DNA from: Planctomycetota bacterium
Lineage (GTDB): Bacteria; Planctomycetota; UBA11346
Length of the DNA stretch: 10,324 nucleotides
Direction of reading: 5' to 3'
Assembly: GCA_038213805.1 (NCBI GenBank)
Contig: JBBQSO010000132.1
Span: 1 to 10,324, forward strand
Below are positions 7,277 through 10,324 of this stretch, in pieces (position 1 is the first letter of the stretch; each line of letters begins with the position of its first letter). The position numbers were made by a program, and so were the translations under genes. The notes beneath the pieces are model-generated. The model saw only the letters and a program-made list of their open reading frames with translations, made no database searches and had not been told where the DNA came from.

Positions 7277-7292
7277 GTAACTGCTTGGTAAC
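7277..7292 (-). promoter_or_regulatory. Candidate OmpR/PhoB-type tandem binding site (GTTAC-N6-GTTAC on the minus strand)
   Basis: GTAAC at 7277-7281 and 7288-7292, an 11-bp period, in an AT-enriched patch of the divergent vWA/kinase intergenic region. The motif is short, so chance is not excluded. Confidence 0.3.
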
Positions 7293-7486
7293 CGCGGCAG
7301 GGATCCGACCGCTGGGCCGTGGGCGACCTGGTCGTCACCGTGCCTGGCGACGGCGATCCCCTGGATCCGCAACCGACGTGCGCCGCGCGCAGCGGTGTAT
7401 TGAAACCGCCGCTTACCCAGTGACAGCCCTGTCGGCACTCCCACGATCCTCCACATGGCGACCCCCAGCCGCGGCAGTGACAGTCC

Positions 7487-10156
7487 ATGAGCCCGGCGGA
7501 CGGTGATGATCCATCTCCGCCGACTTCCATCGGCGCTTACCGCATCATCGGCCATCTCGGCAAGGGCGGCATGGCGCAGGTCTATCGCGCCGAGCACCGC
7601 ACGCTGAAGCGCGCGGTCGCGCTCAAGGTCGTGCTGCCCGACTACGCCGACGATCCCGCCTTCCGCGCCCGCTTCCTGGCGGAGGCCCAGGCCTCCGCCA
7701 GCCTCGCGCACGCCAACGTCATCACCTGCTACGACGCGGGTGAGGACGATGGCCACCTGTTCATGGCCCTGGAGCTGGTCGAGGGCGGCGACCTGATGGC
7801 CATGACGGAACGGCGCGGCGGCCGGCTCGACGAGGGCGAGGTCCTGGCGTTCGCCCACGACTGCCTCGCCGGCATCGGCGCCATCGCCGCGGCCGGTCTG
7901 GTGCACCGCGACATCAAGCCCGCCAACATCTTCGTCACCGCGACCGGGCAGGCGAAGATCGCCGATCTCGGCCTCGCGCGCCAGCTGCGCGTGGCCACCT
8001 CGACGGCCGCCGGCAAAGAGGCGAGCATCATGGGCACGCCCTGCTACATGTCGCCCGAACAGATCCACTGCCTGCCCGACCTCGACGTCCGCACCGACCT
8101 CTACGCCCTGGGCGCGTCGCTGGTGCACCTGCTCACCGGCGCGCCCCTCCACGCCGGCGCCGATCCCCTCGCCACCCTGGCGATGACGCTGAGCGCGCCC
8201 TTCCCCGACCTGCGCAGCCGGCGCAGCGACCTCTCCAGCGGGGTCTGCGCGATCCTGCAGCGACTCCTCGCCCGTGACCGTGACCAGCGCTATCGCAGCG
8301 CCGAGGAGGCGCGCGAGGACGTCGGCCGTGCGTTGTCGGACGCGGCCCCGCGCCATGCGCCGCGCCATGGCGAGCGCGGGGGCACGTCCAGGATCGCGCC
8401 GCAGACCACCCGGGCATTCAGCGCGGACGGGCCGCAGCGGCCGATCTCCGACGACACCATGCGCCACGCCGCCACGGTCGACGGCATCGATAGCGCACGC
8501 CTCGCCGCGCTCGCCAAGCGCGTCATCGTCGACCGGCGCGGGCTGACCGCGGCGATCAGCCTCGCGGCCAACGCCTGCTTCCCACCGCTGCTGATCGAGC
8601 GCATGATCTCCGCTGCGGGCATCCGCTTCGGCCTTGACCCGGACGGCATCGCCGAAGCCACGTGCGCGGCGGCAGTGCCGCGGCGCATCGTCATCGCGCG
8701 CGGCGACGCCCCAGGGCCCGGCAGCAGCGGCAAATCGGTCCGCGGCGAGGTCATGCCGCCGCTGGTCGAACCCTTCCACATCCACGTCCACGAGGACGCC
8801 ATGGTGGCGGTGGCGACCAGCGGCGGGCAGCAGGCCATCACGGTGCCGGACCTGCAGCGCGCCGTGCGCGAGCGCGAGCTGCGCTTCGGGCTCGATACGG
8901 CGGCTCTCCAGCGGCTGATCACCGGGCCGCTGGCACCCGGGGAACGCATCATCATCGCGCGCGGCACGCCCGCCGTGCCCGGCATCGCTGCAGGCTTCCA
9001 TCTCGCCCACGCCGCGACCGCGCACGCCGCGAACGGTGCGCCACCGGACGGGGTTATTTCCAACTACGCCCGCGTCGCGGCCGGAACCCGGCTCGCCCGC
9101 TGGTCGCCCGGTCGACAGGGGCAGGCGGGCATGGATGTCCACGGCCGCGCGCTGCCGGTGGTCGCATTGGCGACGCGCAGCGCGGCCGCGTGCGCCGGCG
9201 AAGGCACCCTGCTGCACACGGATGCCGCCGGCGACGCGCTGGTCGCCGCGCGCGACGGTGTGGTGCAGGAATGCGCCGACGGCACCGTGCGCGTCATCAC
9301 CGCCATCGAGATCGCCGGCGACCTCGGCCCCGGGCACGCCCCGGTGCGCGCCACCGGGCTGGTGCTGGTACGTGGCGATGTCCTGGCGGGCGCCGTGATC
9401 TCATCCACCGAGGACGTGGTGGTCCTCGGCAGCCTCGGTGACGCCGCGGTCACCGCCGGCGGCGACCTGGTGGTCGCCGGTACCATCGCCAACGGCGTGC
9501 AGCCAGTGCTGGCCGGAGGCGAGCTGGTCGCGAGCGGCATCGGCGCGCGCCGCGTGCTGGCGGGGGCGGTACGCATCGGCGGGACGTCGGAGCACAGCCA
9601 GGTCGCCGCCAACGGCGACATCCAGGTGCGCCGGGTGCGCGGCGGCCGCCTGGTCTGCGGCGGCAGCATCACCGCCGAGATCGCCGGCGATGCCACCGGC
9701 ACCGCCACTGAACTGTGGGCTGGTCAAGGTCTCGGCTTGGAGCAGCACCAGGAGCTGGTGCGCGTCGTCAGCGCGCGCCACGCCGCCGCCCGCGAACGGC
9801 TGCTCGCCGAATCCAAGGCGCTCAAAGCCGAGATCGATGATGCCATGCTGGCCGACAGGCGACTCGAAGGCACGCACTTTATCCGCCGCGACGTGCTGGT
9901 CGAGCGCCAGGCGAGGCTCCGCCTGATGACCGGCCATCTCGACAGCCTGCGCCGCGCCGCCGAAGACGTCCGGCAGCGCGTGGAAAGCGACCGCACGACG
10001 CTGGACCGCGCGCCCGGTGCGCCCACGCCGGTGGATCCGAACGCCGCGATCCGCATCGCCCAGCTGGCGCACGACGGGGTGAGCGTGCGCATCGCCGACA
10101 ATGATGCCGAGACGTTGGTGATGCCGCAGGGGATGCTGGTTATCGGGGGGACGTAA
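7487..10156 (+). CDS. Hanks-type Ser/Thr protein kinase fused to a FapA/DUF342-like module, 889 aa, predicted cytoplasmic
   Basis: Kinase about 7538-8335: LGKGGMAQVY, VALK, RFLAE, HRDIKPAN (7904), DLG (7964-7972), GTPCYMSPE, DLYALG. From about 8519: two GIRFGLD/ELRFGLD...IARG units, VAAGTRLAR..PGRQGQAGMDVHGRALP, GEGT..LVAARDG, a Gly/Val-rich beta-solenoid (IAGDL..GLVLVRGDV..DVVVLG..AGGDLVVAG), a coiled coil and terminal AIRIAQLAHDGVSVRI. This is the order of elements I recall for DUF342/FapA. Confidence 0.85.
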   Translation: MSPADGDDPSPPTSIGAYRIIGHLGKGGMAQVYRAEHRTLKRAVALKVVLPDYADDPAFRARFLAEAQASASLAHANVITCYDAGEDDGHLFMALELVEGGDLMAMTERRGGRLDEGEVLAFAHDCLAGIGAIAAAGLVHRDIKPANIFVTATGQAKIADLGLARQLRVATSTAAGKEASIMGTPCYMSPEQIHCLPDLDVRTDLYALGASLVHLLTGAPLHAGADPLATLAMTLSAPFPDLRSRRSDLSSGVCAILQRLLARDRDQRYRSAEEAREDVGRALSDAAPRHAPRHGERGGTSRIAPQTTRAFSADGPQRPISDDTMRHAATVDGIDSARLAALAKRVIVDRRGLTAAISLAANACFPPLLIERMISAAGIRFGLDPDGIAEATCAAAVPRRIVIARGDAPGPGSSGKSVRGEVMPPLVEPFHIHVHEDAMVAVATSGGQQAITVPDLQRAVRERELRFGLDTAALQRLITGPLAPGERIIIARGTPAVPGIAAGFHLAHAATAHAANGAPPDGVISNYARVAAGTRLARWSPGRQGQAGMDVHGRALPVVALATRSAAACAGEGTLLHTDAAGDALVAARDGVVQECADGTVRVITAIEIAGDLGPGHAPVRATGLVLVRGDVLAGAVISSTEDVVVLGSLGDAAVTAGGDLVVAGTIANGVQPVLAGGELVASGIGARRVLAGAVRIGGTSEHSQVAANGDIQVRRVRGGRLVCGGSITAEIAGDATGTATELWAGQGLGLEQHQELVRVVSARHAAARERLLAESKALKAEIDDAMLADRRLEGTHFIRRDVLVERQARLRLMTGHLDSLRRAAEDVRQRVESDRTTLDRAPGAPTPVDPNAAIRIAQLAHDGVSVRIADNDAETLVMPQGMLVIGGT
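8519..8995 (+). repeat. Two tandem protein-level repeats of about 86-87 aa (FapA N-terminal-type units)
   Basis: RFGLD starts at 8624 and 8882; RI(V/I)IARG is encoded by cgcatcgtcatcgcgcgcggc (8684-8704) and cgcatcatcatcgcgcgcggc (8945-8965), 20/21 identical. Confidence 0.75.
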
Positions 10157-10190
10157 ACTGGATGCCGATTGGCGGAATCAAAAAGCGCCC

Positions 10191-10206
10191 TCAGCGACAT
10201 CGCTGA
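10191..10206. other. Perfect 7-bp inverted repeat downstream of the kinase-FapA gene (weak terminator hairpin or operator)
   Basis: TCAGCGA-ca-TCGCTGA, 35 nt after the TAA at 10156; followed by TCCTT, not a real U-tract. Confidence 0.3.
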
Positions 10207-10324
10207 TCCTTGCGCGGCAGCTCCGGCAGGTGCCGATCTCGATGGGCCAGTGGCCACATTCCGCGAGACCTGCCTCCCGACAGGCGCAACCGCACCTGGG
10301 AGCGCCCAGCCCCCGCACCGCGGG

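Noticed and set aside
2948..7361. Palindromic repeats as a CRISPR array or transposon ends
   Set aside because: Copies are kilobases apart, there are no regular spacers, and no cas, transposase or integrase gene is present.
7964..7972. DLG in place of DFG, and Ala as the last Gly-loop residue, as signs of a pseudokinase
   Set aside because: Both variants occur in active kinases, and the Lys, Glu, HRD Asp, Asn and Mg-binding Asp are all present.
6031..9337. 491-aa plus ORF (6031..7506) and 763-aa minus ORF (7046..9337)
   Set aside because: Shadows of the vWA and kinase genes, with no independent protein features.
6046..10156. vWA plus kinase as a TerY-P (vWA/PP2C/kinase) stress or defence triad
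   Set aside because: The genes are divergent rather than operonic, the vWA has a signal peptide, no PP2C is in the window, and the kinase carries a FapA-like tail.
10154..10184. TAAA...GCCGATT as a sigma-28 promoter, and the weak hairpin plus A5 as a terminator
   Set aside because: The spacer is 6 nt rather than about 15, and the A-run is on the wrong side of the hairpin to give a U-tract on either strand.

Overview
High-GC (roughly 70%, by eye) bacterial window with seven protein-coding genes and no rRNA, tRNA, CRISPR or mobile element that I can support. Left to right: a partial ACS-family MFS transporter (missing from the ORF track) and a D-2-hydroxyacid dehydrogenase in one minus-strand operon; a DUF1569/DinB-like protein converging on an SGNH/GDSL hydrolase; a secreted 886-aa modular protein (sGDH-like beta-propeller, PKD, class I cytochrome c apparently inserted in an Ig-like domain, CBM6-like C-terminus); a secreted vWA protein; and, divergent from it, an 889-aa cytoplasmic Hanks-type Ser/Thr kinase fused to an apparently full-length FapA/DUF342-like module. 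The kinase-FapA fusion is the best candidate for an undescribed system, followed by the propeller-cytochrome c-CBM protein. A GGGATCGCCG-based palindromic motif recurs in three intergenic regions. All family calls come from motif recognition by eye, not searches. A Planctomycetota/PVC-like origin is only a guess.
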